Shown: positions 42,488 through 52,110 of the stretch, one piece after another | Position numbering within the stretch: position 1 is the stretch's first letter | Layout: the number at the start of each line of letters is the position of its first letter | Source: Candidatus Scybalocola faecavium | Lineage (GTDB): Bacteria > Bacillota > Clostridia > Lachnospirales > Lachnospiraceae | Direction: 5' to 3' | DNA: 64,000 bases | NCBI GenBank assembly: GCA_018713145.1 | Contig: DVFP01000011.1 | Span: 22,606 to 86,605 of the forward strand | The notes under the pieces: model-generated | Told to the model about the DNA's origin: nothing | Database searches by the model: none | What the model saw: only the letters and a program-made list of their open reading frames with translations | Position numbers and translations under genes: made by a program

Positions 42488-42579
42488 GCGCCGACCGGAG
42501 CCAAGCAAAGACCTGAGGCGCGCTAAGTGCGGGGCAATCCGTGTCTCATGCCATTTGTCGTACAACTCATCATTTATAA
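42488..42579 (+). repeat. Right-end fragment (copy D) of the dispersed element
   Basis: GCGCCGACCG...AAGACC...GCGGGGCAATCCGTGTCTCATGCCATTTGTCGTACAACTCAT matches 24439-24515. Confidence 0.8.
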
Positions 42580-42640
42580 CCAGAGAAAGATTTTCCCTGT
42601 ACCGAAAAAATCCCCCGTTATCCTGAACAGTTATCCCTCA

Positions 42641-42955
42641 CTAATAAAGGACCTGGTAGACCACTTTTCCTTTAGGATCGTCCTTGCGGATCTCCCGAAG
42701 CCGGTTAACAGACGTTACCTTTAAATAATACACAAAATCCCCGCATTGAGCCATAAGCAGGGTCCCTTTTAACTCTGACGGAACTACTGTCACCTGGTCC
42801 AGGGGACAACCTGCTGCCTTATAAAAAATATCCCGGATTCTTTGAGCCTGGTCTTCTCCACAGGACAGTACAGTTTCTACACTTCCCGTTTCTCCACTTG
42901 CCGGGCTTCTCCTCCCATTTTCCCCGCTTCCATCCTGTCTGTTCATGCTCTTCAC
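42641..42955 (-). CDS. Small hypothetical protein (possible immunity/accessory)
   Basis: 104-aa ORF with AGGAGG RBS downstream of the peptidase effector candidate. Confidence 0.6.
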   Translation of the reverse strand: MKSMNRQDGSGENGRRSPASGETGSVETVLSCGEDQAQRIRDIFYKAAGCPLDQVTVVPSELKGTLLMAQCGDFVYYLKVTSVNRLREIRKDDPKGKVVYQVLY

Positions 42956-43028
42956 CTCCTAAAGTTCACCAATTTTCTGCCGCTGATCTTCACAGCCGGA
43001 CAAAACCCAAAAGTCCGGGCCGAAAAAT

Positions 43029-43991
43029 CTATATCACCTTATCAGAAAAACTGCGGGCATCCGCCTCAACACTTTGCTTCCGGTACGCGCTGTAACCATC
43101 CTCCTCTGTGGTCTTATAATCATTAAAATTATCCCGCCAGGCAGTAACCGTCTCATTGCTGACAATGTAGTTTTCCGGATGATCCACAACTGCATGCTGA
43201 TAACCGTGGCGCATTTCATGGCACAGGGTACTTATGATCTGGTCATAGCCGCTGTCCTTTTCCACCCAGTCCCGGTTCAGGTACATTTCCATATAGCCAT
43301 TGCCATAATAACTCAGGTAGCCGTTTAAAATATACCCCGGTTCAGCATCTAAATGCTCAATATGTATTTCCCGGACATTAATCCCTAAAATATCATTCAG
43401 CGTGTGAAACAGTTCTGTCAGTATTTCCACCCGCTCATCGTAATCCGCTTTTTTCCAGTATTTTTTTGTATACCGCTCCTCTTTCAGCACAGTCTTAATA
43501 GACTCAGCCATGGCCTTGTCCTGACGGACCTCCTTGGCGCGGTCACTGTCTCCCCATCCCCACTCAGGCGCTGTCTCATTGATCCAGTTCCAAAACCAGG
43601 TTCCAAAGCCTGCCAAAGCACCGCCGATGCCAATGCCGGCAATGACAGCACTTTCCGTTTCCTGACCGCCATCAGCACCATGCCCGGGTCCGCCCACGCC
43701 TGCCCCGGAAAGATCCGAAGCGCTTTCGGTGACCCGGTTTTCGCAGGCAAAGTAATACTCCAAGGCTCTCTCCAGCCCATCCTCCATGGCTGCAAATTTA
43801 CGGATCTGATCCTGAAGATCCCCCTGAATATCTGTGATTCTCCGGCGCATCTTCTCAAAGGCGGCAGAATGGCTGTCCATAGCAGCATCCACATTCCCGA
43901 TTCCGCTTTCCACACTGGAAAGCTTTGCTTTGATTTCTTCCATTTGTGAAAGATTTCCCTTAATGCCTGATGAACTCACTTTAATGTTCAT
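43029..43991 (-). CDS. WXG100-like N-terminus fused to HExxH zinc metallopeptidase (type VII effector candidate)
   Basis: ~90-aa helical hairpin ending YFACE (YxxxE), Gly-rich hydrophobic linker, LCHEMRHGYQH and VEADAR. Confidence 0.7.
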   Translation of the reverse strand: MNIKVSSSGIKGNLSQMEEIKAKLSSVESGIGNVDAAMDSHSAAFEKMRRRITDIQGDLQDQIRKFAAMEDGLERALEYYFACENRVTESASDLSGAGVGGPGHGADGGQETESAVIAGIGIGGALAGFGTWFWNWINETAPEWGWGDSDRAKEVRQDKAMAESIKTVLKEERYTKKYWKKADYDERVEILTELFHTLNDILGINVREIHIEHLDAEPGYILNGYLSYYGNGYMEMYLNRDWVEKDSGYDQIISTLCHEMRHGYQHAVVDHPENYIVSNETVTAWRDNFNDYKTTEEDGYSAYRKQSVEADARSFSDKVI

Positions 43992-44667
43992 CCCGGTCCA
44001 CCTCCCCCTTTGCGGCTTCTAAAATGGCCTGGCGCTGAAATCGGATCAGCCATGAGCCTACCATATTCACCAGGTCCGGCCGGGTAAAATATCCCCACTG
44101 TATACGCGTCCTGTCATATTGGCAAAGCCATGGCCGCCCATGAATACTTTCTATAATAAATCTGGATTTTATCCCGCTCCCGTCCCGGCAGGAAATATGG
44201 ATCCGGGGACCGGAACTTTCGGGAAATATGTCATGATTTTCTTTAAATATCCGCTTCACATCCTGATCATTTTCGGCCCCCTGGTCCCTATGATCAATCT
44301 GGGTCTCCTCTCCGGTGCCGCAGTCCCACAACACATCCGCCAAAGCGCCTATGGCCAGTTTCAAGCTGGGAAGATACAAAAGCCGACACCGCTCATCATC
44401 CTCCCGTGTCATGGTAATCCCCATATTTCCCACATAAAATCCTGTATTCTTTATGGATCCGTCTGTTTTTTCCCCAACACACTCCACCGCATAACGGGCC
44501 TTAAGCCAGCACTCCAGAGCCATACAGGCCCCGGCGTCCACAACATAGCCATCCTCCTTATAAAGCAGGCCGCACCCAGCTAAAATTTCCTGTTTTTCCT
44601 CTAAAGACAGGCCCTCCTTCTTTACGGCCCGCAGCATTTTTTTGTCAATCACCGCGCTTACTGACAC
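43981..44667 (-). CDS. Hypothetical protein overlapping the peptidase gene (possible secretion chaperone)
   Basis: GTG 44667 after GGAGGAGG; 11-bp overlap with next gene; no recognised motif. Confidence 0.6.
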   Translation of the reverse strand: MSVSAVIDKKMLRAVKKEGLSLEEKQEILAGCGLLYKEDGYVVDAGACMALECWLKARYAVECVGEKTDGSIKNTGFYVGNMGITMTREDDERCRLLYLPSLKLAIGALADVLWDCGTGEETQIDHRDQGAENDQDVKRIFKENHDIFPESSGPRIHISCRDGSGIKSRFIIESIHGRPWLCQYDRTRIQWGYFTRPDLVNMVGSWLIRFQRQAILEAAKGEVDRDEH

Positions 44668-44696
44668 TTTTATCGCCTCCTCCAAGACTCAGCCCT

Positions 44697-44730
44697 ATTT
44701 GACCCATGATGCCACGAATTTCTCCGCACT
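44697..44730 (-). repeat. Right-end fragment (copy E) of the dispersed element
   Basis: Minus strand AGTGCGGAGAAATTCGTGGCATCATGGGTCAAAT versus copy A AGTGCGGAGAAATCCGTGGTATCATGGGGCAAAT. Confidence 0.75.
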
Positions 44731-45790
44731 ACTTGCCCCTGGCATCATCATAATATGCTTCCAGCTGTCTTAAAATTTCCAGGATCATGACCATCCCCAA
44801 AGGCCCAAGGAAGATCCCCCACACGCCAAACAAAGATAATCCTGTAAACGTTGCCATAAGCATATAAAATTCATTGATCCCTAAATTATTCCCCATAAGC
44901 CGGGGCTCCAGGAACTCACGCACCAAGGTACACAAAATATATAAAATGATCAATATAACCCCGAATAGATACCTGCCGCTGAGAAATACAGCCGCCGCCC
45001 ATGGCAAAAGAATAGTTCCGCTGCCAATAACCGGAAGCGCATCTAAAACAGCAATCATGATCCCTAAAAGCACACTGTAGCTGCTGCCGGCTAATTTCAA
45101 TCCTGCGCTTAATATCACGGCAATGACTGTAATAATAATGATCTGGCATTTAAAAAATCCTGCGCTGGTCTGGCAGATCCGGGATGTAAGGGATGTAATC
45201 TCCCGGGCAAATAAATTCTCCGAAAGCTGACGGGAGATCCGTTCCTTATTTTTCATTAAAAGAATCGCCCCCACAATGGCCACAACAAAAATAATAAAAA
45301 ATGTTCCGATCCCCTTTGCCGCACCCACCGCCAGTCCGGCGGCAGCTTCCGGAAGCTTTTCCCGGATCATGTTCATAAAATTTTCACCCCACTGGCACAT
45401 GGAGGAATAGACCAATTCCTGAGAACGGCCTGCCAAAGATGCAATAAGGCCGCACAGTTTTTGCCACATCTGGTCCAACCACTGTCCGGCCCTGTCCATA
45501 TCCTGCGCCAAGCGCCCTGTCTGCTTCACCAAATACCATATCCCGCCGCCGGTTCCGGCCATGATCCCAAGCGCAAGACCTCCCACAAGGACAACGCTGC
45601 TTAATGTTTTAGGAACATGAAGCTTTTTAGACAGCCACAAGGCTGCCGGATACAAAAGCCGACAGATAAAATAGGCAAACACAAAAGGCAGGACCAGGGG
45701 CAGGAGGAATTTTAAAACCACATAAACAATGACTGCCACCAGGGTCACTAAAAATAGCTTTTTATATTTTTGAGGGAGCTTTCCATTCAT
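44729..45790 (-). CDS. ytvI: Sporulation integral membrane protein YtvI (AI-2E/PerM family)
   Basis: LPFVFAY, DALPVIGSGTILLPW, VREFLEPRLMG..LG, GIFLGP. Confidence 0.82.
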   Translation of the reverse strand: MNGKLPQKYKKLFLVTLVAVIVYVVLKFLLPLVLPFVFAYFICRLLYPAALWLSKKLHVPKTLSSVVLVGGLALGIMAGTGGGIWYLVKQTGRLAQDMDRAGQWLDQMWQKLCGLIASLAGRSQELVYSSMCQWGENFMNMIREKLPEAAAGLAVGAAKGIGTFFIIFVVAIVGAILLMKNKERISRQLSENLFAREITSLTSRICQTSAGFFKCQIIIITVIAVILSAGLKLAGSSYSVLLGIMIAVLDALPVIGSGTILLPWAAAVFLSGRYLFGVILIILYILCTLVREFLEPRLMGNNLGINEFYMLMATFTGLSLFGVWGIFLGPLGMVMILEILRQLEAYYDDARGK

Positions 45791-45823
45791 AGCTTCACAT
45801 CCTGTCTGGAAAAAATCTTTCCT

Positions 45824-45854
45824 ATAGTATGTGAGGCAAAATATTTTCTATGTA
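45824..45854 (-). promoter_or_regulatory. Possible sigma-E (mother cell) promoter of ytvI
   Basis: Minus strand ACATAG...CATACTAT with sigma-E-like spacing; ytvI is sigma-E controlled in B. subtilis. Confidence 0.45.
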
Positions 45855-45920
45855 CATCCTCCAGACGGTATATTTTTCAAAATTTTTATACAGCCTTTTT
45901 CTCCCCGCCACTCAATGCCT

Positions 45921-46616
45921 TCATAAAAACATTAAAAACGGCTGTGCGTCCGGCTCTGCCGTAAAGGTCACACGCCTTCCGTCAGCCGGATGGTCAAAGG
46001 ACAACGCGCTGGAAAAAAGGCCGATCTGAAAAAATCCATCACCGGCCATCCCATATCTTCGGTCCCCTGCCAGAGGATGACCTGCATGGGACATCTGAAC
46101 CCGGATCTGGTGATGGCGTCCGGTTTCCAGGCGGACTTTTACCAGGCTGTAGCTTTCACTATCTTTTTGTGCGGTTTTTATGACCTGATAAGACAAAACC
46201 GCCTTCTTTGCGTCCCCCGGCACCGGCTTTATTTTTTTGGAAACCACCTGGGAAGTATTTGTCTTTTTATCCCGGATCAAAAGATCCTCCATGGTCCCTT
46301 CCTGCGCTTCCATAAGGCCGTGGACCACTGCCATATAATTTTTTTCTGCTGTCTTTTGGGCAATCTGACGGCTTAAATCACCTGCCGCAGTCGGTGTCTT
46401 TCCATAAACCATAACCCCGCCTACCGGCTTGTCCAGCCGGTGGACAACGGCAATATATGGATTTTTCACTTTATCCCTGGCTACCAGGAGATTTTTTAAA
46501 TAACTCACCATATCCATAGCCGGAGATCGTTCCTGCTGGGAAGGCATTCCCGGCGGCTTGACCACCACAAAGATTTCCTTATCCTCGTATAAAATTTTAA
46601 CCTGGGTCAACAACAT
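45921..46616 (-). CDS. RluA-family pseudouridine synthase
   Basis: VVVKPPG, VHRLDKPVGG, LETGRHHQIRVQ, GDRRYG. Confidence 0.93.
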   Translation of the reverse strand: MLLTQVKILYEDKEIFVVVKPPGMPSQQERSPAMDMVSYLKNLLVARDKVKNPYIAVVHRLDKPVGGVMVYGKTPTAAGDLSRQIAQKTAEKNYMAVVHGLMEAQEGTMEDLLIRDKKTNTSQVVSKKIKPVPGDAKKAVLSYQVIKTAQKDSESYSLVKVRLETGRHHQIRVQMSHAGHPLAGDRRYGMAGDGFFQIGLFSSALSFDHPADGRRVTFTAEPDAQPFLMFL

Positions 46617-46656
46617 CCCCCCTGATCCCTATGTCCACTTATGTCAGAACCGGTGT

Positions 46657-46890
46657 TTATTCAAACCCCTTTTGTTTCATATACTCTACCACATCCCTGG
46701 CCTTTTTCAGCTGACGTATATCCTTGATAGGAATGGTAATATCAAACCGTTCTTCAAACTTTCCTACAATACACATCACATCAAAAGAATTAAGGGCCAA
46801 ATCTTCCAAAAAATCCGTGTCCATAGTAATATTATTCTTTCCAGTTACATCATATACGATTTCTTTAATTACGTCCAGCATAAAGATCAT
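46657..46890 (-). CDS. Acyl carrier protein
   Basis: 77-aa acidic protein with DLALNSFDV phosphopantetheine site and EERFDITI. Confidence 0.88.
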   Translation of the reverse strand: MIFMLDVIKEIVYDVTGKNNITMDTDFLEDLALNSFDVMCIVGKFEERFDITIPIKDIRQLKKARDVVEYMKQKGFE

Positions 46891-46939
46891 CTTCTTTCAT
46901 TTACTTTTTTCTTCTTTTGGCTCCCGCCAAAACTGCAGC

Positions 46940-48592
46940 TTACTGATTTCTCTTAATTTTATGGGCTGCTGTATGTTCAAATCCTGTCTCCTGGATATTG
47001 ACCATCTGGATGTGCTTATATAACGGCAGGCTTTTATTTATATCATCCACATAAGCCTGAAGTTTTTCAAGGATCTCGTAGCTGCTCATCCCTTCTGTCC
47101 GCTCAGGATCCGGATAAATGGCTGCGGCAATCTTTACATCATCGGCAGAATTTCCGCAGGGAGCACCATAAACAAGGACCTCCTTGACCAAAGGCATTTT
47201 CTTAAGTACCTGCTCAAGCTCCTCGGCTGCCACCTTTTTACCGTTTTTCATAACAATCAGATTTTTCTTGCGGCCGGTAATATGCAGATACCCCTTTTTG
47301 TCCATATAGCCCATGTCCTCTGTATGGAACCATCCGTCCTCATCAATCGCTTTTCTGGTCAGCTCCTCAGCGCCATAATAGCCGTTCATCAGGGAATAGC
47401 CTTTAACAAGGATCTCTCCATCGTCAAATTTAATCTGCCATCCTGGATACAAAACCCCTACAGAATCCAATGTAAAATCCCGGTTCCGATTGCAGGAAAT
47501 CGTAGGCGAGCACTCGGTGATTCCATATCCCTGCAAAACAACAATGCCAAAATGGAGGAGCTCTGAAGCCACAGCTACATCCAAATGGGCTCCGCCGCAT
47601 AAAATAACATCCAAACATTCAAACATAGTTCCCGTCAGACACGGACGAACCTCTGACAAAATCAAAGACCCTGGCTTATGGACAGCTCCCTCCAGCTTAA
47701 TCAAACGCTGGATACGAGTCTTTTTCCCGCTTTTTTCCAAAACCCCCCACAAAAGCCGGTGAATGATCTCAACAATCAAAGGTACCGCAACAATCATCTG
47801 AGGCTTAAACAAAGTCATTTCCTGGATCATTCTTTTCGTATCGCAGCTCATGCATACGCTTACGCCCTGAACTAAAGGCCCCATCATCCCCCCGGTTAAA
47901 CCATAGGTATGATATAACGGAAGTGAATTAAAAACCCGGTCTCTGGAATCCAAAAGCGTCAAAGCATCTGCCGCATTATATAAGATTGCCCTGTGGGACA
48001 GGCGCACAGGCTTAGCTGTGCTGGTCGTACCGGAAGTATACACGATAGACGCGTCCGTTTTGCCGTCCGGGCGAAAGCCTTCCAGCCAGTCTTTGGCTTT
48101 CTGTGTTTCTCCTGAATTTAAAAATTCCCTTAAAGTCTGCCCTTCACTGGTATTTTCTCCAAGAATCACCAGCTTTTGGATACGTGGATCTTCCCGGCAT
48201 GCCCGGACAGCCAGCTCCTCCATGGATGGGGATGCAAAAACCGCCTCTGTATCTGCCTGCAGGATCATTTTTACAATAATATCATCGGTATGCTCTGTAT
48301 CAATACACACTGCCGTACCGCCGCTGACAGCGATCCCAAAATATACAGACAGCCAGTCATAGGAATTTTCCCCAAGGATCGCCACATGCCTGCCTGCCAG
48401 TCCATTTTCAAACAATGCTCTGGCCACTGCAAAGGCATCTTCCTTCATCTGCTCATAGGACACCACCTTGGCGGCGCCTTTCCGGTCATAGGTGGTTACT
48501 GCAGCACGGCCTTCAAAACTCACTGCAGTATCCTGCAAAAAGTCTTTGAAATTTTCATAATAATGGCTTTCTTTTGATGAAATCGTTTTCAC
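46940..48592 (-). CDS. AMP-binding enzyme (long-chain acyl-CoA/acyl-ACP ligase type)
   Basis: YTSGTTSTAK, LPLYHTYG, QGYGITECSP, GWFHTEDMG, ITGRKKNLI, HKIKR. Confidence 0.92.
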   Translation of the reverse strand: MKTISSKESHYYENFKDFLQDTAVSFEGRAAVTTYDRKGAAKVVSYEQMKEDAFAVARALFENGLAGRHVAILGENSYDWLSVYFGIAVSGGTAVCIDTEHTDDIIVKMILQADTEAVFASPSMEELAVRACREDPRIQKLVILGENTSEGQTLREFLNSGETQKAKDWLEGFRPDGKTDASIVYTSGTTSTAKPVRLSHRAILYNAADALTLLDSRDRVFNSLPLYHTYGLTGGMMGPLVQGVSVCMSCDTKRMIQEMTLFKPQMIVAVPLIVEIIHRLLWGVLEKSGKKTRIQRLIKLEGAVHKPGSLILSEVRPCLTGTMFECLDVILCGGAHLDVAVASELLHFGIVVLQGYGITECSPTISCNRNRDFTLDSVGVLYPGWQIKFDDGEILVKGYSLMNGYYGAEELTRKAIDEDGWFHTEDMGYMDKKGYLHITGRKKNLIVMKNGKKVAAEELEQVLKKMPLVKEVLVYGAPCGNSADDVKIAAAIYPDPERTEGMSSYEILEKLQAYVDDINKSLPLYKHIQMVNIQETGFEHTAAHKIKRNQ

Positions 48593-48594
48593 TT

Positions 48595-50106
48595 TTATAC
48601 CTCCTGTATATTCGTCCCTTGTTCCGGGAAAAGATCTTTTGCATGGGAAAACAGATCCGATGAATGGATGACGCCGATAAACGCATCAACGATCATGGAA
48701 TCGAACTGAGTATTTTTTCCCTTTTTAAGTTCGGAAACCGCCTGATCCACAGAAAGGCTGTCCCTATATGTACGTTTTGATGTCATGGCATCAAAAGCAT
48801 CTGCCACACTGATGATACGGGCCATTTCCGGAATGTCATTTCCGGACAGGCCTTTGGGATAGCCATTTCCGTTATACCATTCATGATGATATTCCACCAT
48901 CGGCAGTATATCCCTAAACGATGAAAGCGAAGCCAAAAGCTGTTTTCCCCTTTCAGGATGTCTTTTAATGACACAATACTCCTCATCCGTCAATCTGGAC
49001 GGCTTTCTTAAGATTGCATCCGGAACACCGATCTTTCCAATATCATGAAATAATCCTCCGATGCGGACACGTTCCACATATTCTTCTGTCCTTCCCAGAG
49101 CCCGGGCAATATTTACGCCATAAAAGGATACCCTGTCCGAATGTCCCCGGGTATAATCGTCTTTGGCATCAACCATTTTACGAATCAGGTCAATGGTTTC
49201 CATATAGGCCTGATTCAGCTCATCATTTTGAACCTTCAAAAGCTCCTGATAAATCCGGTTTCCCATAACGGCTCCCACCTGCTTTGCATACACAGAAAAC
49301 AGCTGGAGCATTTCCTGGGGCGGTTCACCGGATGTCCGCATTAAAAGTACGCCAAAAGCTGTGCCGCTCTCCATCCGCAAAGGAGCCATGCACAGTTCCC
49401 CTTCACGCACGATCAGGGCGTCCGGATCCTTACGGACTTTTTCAAAAGCCCGGATCCCTTCCGCCTCCTGATCTTCAAAGGCGCCCCATCCGAAAAAGCG
49501 GCCCGAAAGTCCGATTTTCTTAAGCTTATCCGCTCCAAGGGCAGTAACATCCACATAAATCAATCCTTCCGGCCACTGAGTCACCTCTCTGATCTGGGCG
49601 ATGGTCCGGACTAAAAGACTTTCCATATTTGAGATACGGCTTAAAACCGGAATTTTTTCAAGGATCGACCGAAGGCCGTCCCGGTATCCCCGGATAATAC
49701 GCATCTGCCGTATGGATTTGGCACAGGATTCCACCAAAAGCTCCAACTGGTCAAACCGGTCGCTTTTTTCATAATATCCCTGAATATCCAGCTCCCGAAT
49801 GGTCTTTAAAGGCGGCGCCATGCTTTTGTGTCCGGTGAGAAGGATAATAAACAGATCTTTATTAAACTTCCTCACCTGACGTACCACCTCATCCCCGTTA
49901 ATGGGATTCATCAAAAAATCCAGGAGCAAAATATCATAATGTCCTTCCCTGATCTTTTCAATGGCTGCATAAGGGTTATTTTCCATATCCACATGGAAGC
50001 CCAATGCCTGGAAATACGACTGCAGGGTCAGGGTCATGATCTTATCGTCATCTAAAGTCAGAATTGAAAACTCTTTATCCGGACTTGAAGCTTTATTTTT
50101 CCGCAT
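48595..50106 (-). CDS. Response regulator with REC, GAF-like region and HD-GYP phosphodiesterase
   Basis: LDDD...LLLDFLM...LLTGH; TRGHSDRV, LFHDIGKIG, HHEWYNGNGYPKGL, VADAFDAMTS. Confidence 0.93.
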   Translation of the reverse strand: MRKNKASSPDKEFSILTLDDDKIMTLTLQSYFQALGFHVDMENNPYAAIEKIREGHYDILLLDFLMNPINGDEVVRQVRKFNKDLFIILLTGHKSMAPPLKTIRELDIQGYYEKSDRFDQLELLVESCAKSIRQMRIIRGYRDGLRSILEKIPVLSRISNMESLLVRTIAQIREVTQWPEGLIYVDVTALGADKLKKIGLSGRFFGWGAFEDQEAEGIRAFEKVRKDPDALIVREGELCMAPLRMESGTAFGVLLMRTSGEPPQEMLQLFSVYAKQVGAVMGNRIYQELLKVQNDELNQAYMETIDLIRKMVDAKDDYTRGHSDRVSFYGVNIARALGRTEEYVERVRIGGLFHDIGKIGVPDAILRKPSRLTDEEYCVIKRHPERGKQLLASLSSFRDILPMVEYHHEWYNGNGYPKGLSGNDIPEMARIISVADAFDAMTSKRTYRDSLSVDQAVSELKKGKNTQFDSMIVDAFIGVIHSSDLFSHAKDLFPEQGTNIQEV

Positions 50107-51985
50107 TTTCTCTTACCTCGTCTTTGGGTACAAACGTCACACAGGATAAGGGCAGGGAAATTCCAAAAATACTCCCGCCTTCCGGATTGTCTTTGTACCA
50201 CATACTTCCTCCAAATTTTGCATGAATCACAGAATTGGAAATAAAAATCCCAAGACCGGTTCCCTTTGTTCCTTTACTGGTTACCATTTGATGGAACAGC
50301 TTGGCCTGAGTATTTTTAGAAATACCGGTACCATAATCCTTCACCATCAACTGAAATTGATCCTCATCCCATTGGGTTTCAATAACAATATCATGTCTGC
50401 CTTCCGGTTTCTGGGCATCAATAGCGTTGGAAACCAGATTTCCCATAACCTGGACAAGATTGTTAATATCGCCGTGGATAAGGATGCCTTTCTCATTTAT
50501 TTTAGGATCCTCTATCAGATGACATTGGTTTTTAAGCAGCTCATGACGGAGCAAAAGCTGTACCCGCCGAACGGCATCCTCAAGGGAAAAATCCACATTT
50601 TCAGAAACAGAAATATTGGCAGCCTGCCCTTTTACGGCAGTGATAATATCTGACATATAGGCCCCTGCTTCCTTCATCCTTGAAAGCCATTCTTCCATTT
50701 CCCCGTAAATTTCCCGGTAATCATCCTCTGTAACCTCCGGATCTCCCAAGCTCTGCCTGCATTCTTCAATCAGCTGCTCCACTGCCAGAATACTTCCCGA
50801 AATACTCATGATCGGGGTTTTCAGGTTATGCGCCAACCCGCCTACCATCTGGCCAAGAAAAGCCAGACGCTCATTTTCCATCATCTTCATCTGGTTATCC
50901 GCCATTTTCTGCATGTTCAGCTTAATCTGAGTCATATCTCTGAAAATGGATACATAGCCGCCCAGCGTCCCCTTCACAAAGACCGGCGCCACTTCCACCA
51001 TAAACCAGTACCGTTTCAGCTCCTTATCCCGTTTCAGATCAAGGGGCTGCTCATAGGTGATCCTTGTATGGCGCCGTTCACAGGAATGGAGCGCGGACAT
51101 AAGATTATACAAAGGGGTTTTATTTTCTATATCTTCATTGCTGACAAAATCCGACAAACAGGTATTTTCCCGGATCTTATAGGACTTGCCGAAAATCTCC
51201 ACAAAAGGCTGATTATAATTAACCACCCGTCCGTCCTTTCCTGTTACCAGATAGCAATCACTGATCCAGTTTAGGAGCTGCTGCATAGCTACGGGACGAA
51301 TATCAAAAAAGTGGAGCCTGTAGATCACGATCCCATGAAATGCCAGCGTCAGGGCAAAGCTTACCGGGGTTAAAACAATGCTTGCATCCAGGGCATGAAA
51401 AGTTACAAAAAGATTAACGATAAGCGGGCACAGGCTTCCCACTACAAACAGCACTGCCTGCCACACATGAAGCCTGGATCTGCTTTTTATCGCAAACCGG
51501 ATGATCAGCAAAAGCGACACCGCTACACAAGCATAAGTATAAAAGCTGTGGACATAAAAATACGGTCCAAACACCACACCTGAATTGTCCAGAGCAAATC
51601 TACGGTAATATAAATGATGCACCGGATTAGAAAATACCATGATCGTGCTTATGGCAGGGATAATAAAAATACACCAGACACCTTTGGGAAGAGTATCACT
51701 ATAGGCCCTTACATAGCATATAGAAAACAACAATGAACATGCCGGTATAAATGCGCCGCACATAGTGGTGGATGCGTCCAGCAGCTGCAGGATCGTCATC
51801 TTATCCGGAGGGATAAAGCCCATGATAAAGATCACCAGAAGCCAAAAAAGCAGCAGCGCTGTTGCTGTATAATAACATTTGTGCATCATCATGATCTGCT
51901 GACCTCTGCGCAAAGTAATAATAAATGCCACAGTGACCGCCATGGCCGCCACCAGGATGATCATATAAGGGGTTGAAATTTCCAC
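50093..51985 (-). CDS. Membrane histidine kinase with N-terminal 7TM region and PAS-like domain
   Basis: About 7 TM segments incl. SNPVHHLYY (HisKA_7TM-like), VVNYNQPF PAS, LAHNLKTP, NLVSNAIDA, DYGTG, GTGLG; GTG 51985 after AGGAGG (track start 52024). Confidence 0.9.
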   Translation of the reverse strand: MEISTPYMIILVAAMAVTVAFIITLRRGQQIMMMHKCYYTATALLLFWLLVIFIMGFIPPDKMTILQLLDASTTMCGAFIPACSLLFSICYVRAYSDTLPKGVWCIFIIPAISTIMVFSNPVHHLYYRRFALDNSGVVFGPYFYVHSFYTYACVAVSLLLIIRFAIKSRSRLHVWQAVLFVVGSLCPLIVNLFVTFHALDASIVLTPVSFALTLAFHGIVIYRLHFFDIRPVAMQQLLNWISDCYLVTGKDGRVVNYNQPFVEIFGKSYKIRENTCLSDFVSNEDIENKTPLYNLMSALHSCERRHTRITYEQPLDLKRDKELKRYWFMVEVAPVFVKGTLGGYVSIFRDMTQIKLNMQKMADNQMKMMENERLAFLGQMVGGLAHNLKTPIMSISGSILAVEQLIEECRQSLGDPEVTEDDYREIYGEMEEWLSRMKEAGAYMSDIITAVKGQAANISVSENVDFSLEDAVRRVQLLLRHELLKNQCHLIEDPKINEKGILIHGDINNLVQVMGNLVSNAIDAQKPEGRHDIVIETQWDEDQFQLMVKDYGTGISKNTQAKLFHQMVTSKGTKGTGLGIFISNSVIHAKFGGSMWYKDNPEGGSIFGISLPLSCVTFVPKDEVRENAEK

Positions 51986-52110
51986 CGCATTTCCTCCTGT
52001 TAAAAATTTAATCCTGCCCGGCATCAGCCCTCTTTATGGCCGCCTGTGAAACAGACAGCCTTAAAGAGCACGGATCCGTTATCTATCCTTTCGCCGGACT
52101 TTTTCCTATT

